The notes below the pieces were generated by a model. It was not told the DNA's origin. It ran no database searches and was given only the letters and a program-made list of their open reading frames with translations. From Octopus sinensis (taxonomy: Eukaryota): DNA of 64,000 nucleotides. Location of the stretch: the NCBI RefSeq assembly GCF_006345805.1, contig NC_043003.1:23064001-23128000 (forward strand), in the 5' to 3' direction. Each line of letters starts with the position of its first letter. Positions within the stretch are counted from its first letter, which is position 1. A program made the position numbers and the translations under genes. Shown in pieces: positions 62,077 through 64,000 of the stretch.

Positions 62077-62120
62077 GTTATTGTTATTATTATTATTATT
62101 ATTATTATTGTTATCATTAT
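62022..62120. repeat. (ATT)n microsatellite
   Basis: Direct tandem run. Confidence 0.95.
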
Positions 62121-62489
62121 TTTATTTGTAAGTTTGTTGTTTCTTTTAAAACATAATTTTAAGTATTATTGGATGGCAGAACGTCAGACGGATTACATTT
62201 CCGTATCGGTCATGGCTCTCTGCCATCTGTGTTCAAATTCTAATAAGGTAAGCTTTGCCTTTCCTTTCCCTCGTGTTAATAAATGAGGGCCAGAAAAGTT
62301 GATTTCTGTCAGCTTGTCTACCTACCCTCTTTTCTCTGTATCGATTACATCACACCGTGAGAGGCGTTGCGGCAATCGTTCCTTTCTCCAAAATTGAAGG
62401 AAGTAGACAACGGAGCAGGGGACATTATATAAAAACTAAAATGCTACGGGAAGCTTTTTGCATTTCTGTACAAAAGGTCGGTATCGGTG

Positions 62490-62870
62490 GATTCTTATTT
62501 CTCTATTGCCCACGAGGGGCTAAACATAGAGGGGACAAACAAGGACAGACAAAGGGATTACGTCGATTACATCGATTCCAGTGCGTAAATGCTACTTAAT
62601 TTATCGACCCCGAAAGGATAAAAGGCAAAGTCGACCTCGGCGGAATTTGAACACAGAACGTAACAAACTAAATACCTCTTTCTTTACTACCCACAAAGAG
62701 CTAAACACAGAGGGGACAACAAGGACAAAAAAAGGGATTAAGTCGATTACATCGACTCCAGTGTGTAACTGGTACTAAATTTATCGACCCCGAAAGGATG
62801 AAATACTTTTGACCTCGGCAGAATTTGAACGCAGAGCCTTTCGCCAGGCTAACGTTTCTGCCAGCTCACC
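62490..62870 (-). mobile_element. SINE family B, dimeric form
   Basis: Two tandem units, then aacgtttctgccagctc. Confidence 0.85.
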
Positions 62871-64000
62871 GATACCAGCGATACCGTCGGTATGGGTGGT
62901 TTCTGTTAACCCCAGTACAGCGCATCATGGCTGATCCCTAGAGATATGAAGAAAGGTTTAACGTCAACAGTACACGACTGGGTTGTATTTATCGAGTTGC
63001 AAAAATATGAATGATTAAAGTTACCATTTGAACTGAGAGCACATTGAGTTAGAATAGCCCAAGGAATTCCATTCAAAGCCCCAAGGATTCTGCCAATTCG
63101 TCGCCATACGAATCAGCTGCTAAAGTTAATTTATTCAACTATCTTCCTTTCCTTCGGTCCTCAACCCTTGATGGAGCTGTAGGGGACCAATTGAGCCACA
63201 CGGTGTGTCTTAGGCTTGTGTTAGAAAGTACTGTTTATCAGTATTGCAGTCATGGGCCGGACGAAAATTTTAGTAGTCCAGAGAAAAATCATTTTAGCTT
63301 TTAATTAAAAACCAGACATCTAACTCGTAAATTGTATGATGCTCTTTCTATGACTTATCATATTATTCTCCTTGTCGAAAGGGGAATTGCATCGTCTTGA
63401 AGTCGCTTGTTAATTTTTCTTGTTGCCGTAGGACAACAAAAAAGTGAGATGGGGTCAGATATAACTAGCTACAGAAGGAAGAAGTGGTATCGCTCAGAGA
63501 AAGGCGAAAGATAGAAGAATTTTACGAATGACATTATTAACAATGAAATACATTGTTCAGTGAGAGTTTGACCTAAACACCAGCATTTATGAAATTTTAA
63601 TACGTTGTATTCAATGATTTTGGTTAAATTTGCAGCTGAATTTTGCCTAATATTTATGATACTGTTTATAACACTTCAATTTAATAAAATGCTAATTTTT
63701 CAATAATACTAATTTCTTGTCTAGCACATTTATCTTAAACATTTACTCAAATTTATAATTAAAAAATGTGAAATATCCCCATCACACATGCATGCATACA
63801 CACAAAACATTTGTTAGGCATTACATATATTATATAATAACAGTTTGACACAGCTCTGTATAAATTAAAGTTTCGTACGCTTATAGAACAAATCTAACTT
63901 ATGAGACAGCTACGAAGAGTAACAGAATATGACAAAATTGAAGATGTTTTTTACCTGTCTGGCCACTACTGAACACGACGTCAAGTTATTGGTTGGAAGA

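Overview
This is AT-rich, microsatellite-saturated metazoan non-coding DNA. The SINE families look like those of Octopus/cephalopods; this is pattern recognition, not a database result. I cannot support any intact host protein-coding gene, tRNA, rRNA or CRISPR array, and most listed ORFs are microsatellite read-throughs or transposon fragments. The window is a transposable-element graveyard: two CR1/L2-type LINEs (17.5-20.5 kb, 49.2-51.4 kb), an R4/Dong-like RLE LINE remnant, RTE fragments, two Penelope-like element (PLE) remnants, several mariner/Tc1 copies and MITEs, and about 30 tRNA-derived SINEs of at least three families. The most striking unexplained signal is about ten hammerhead-ribozyme (HHR) motifs read directly from the sequence. 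They have different stems but a conserved core, and two show compensatory changes at the core 3-8 pair (A3-U8, U3-A8). Several sit in long fold-back palindromes that share one polarity. This suggests a diverse set of non-autonomous, ribozyme-bearing PLE-derived mini-retroelements. All structures were folded by eye and need computational and biochemical confirmation.
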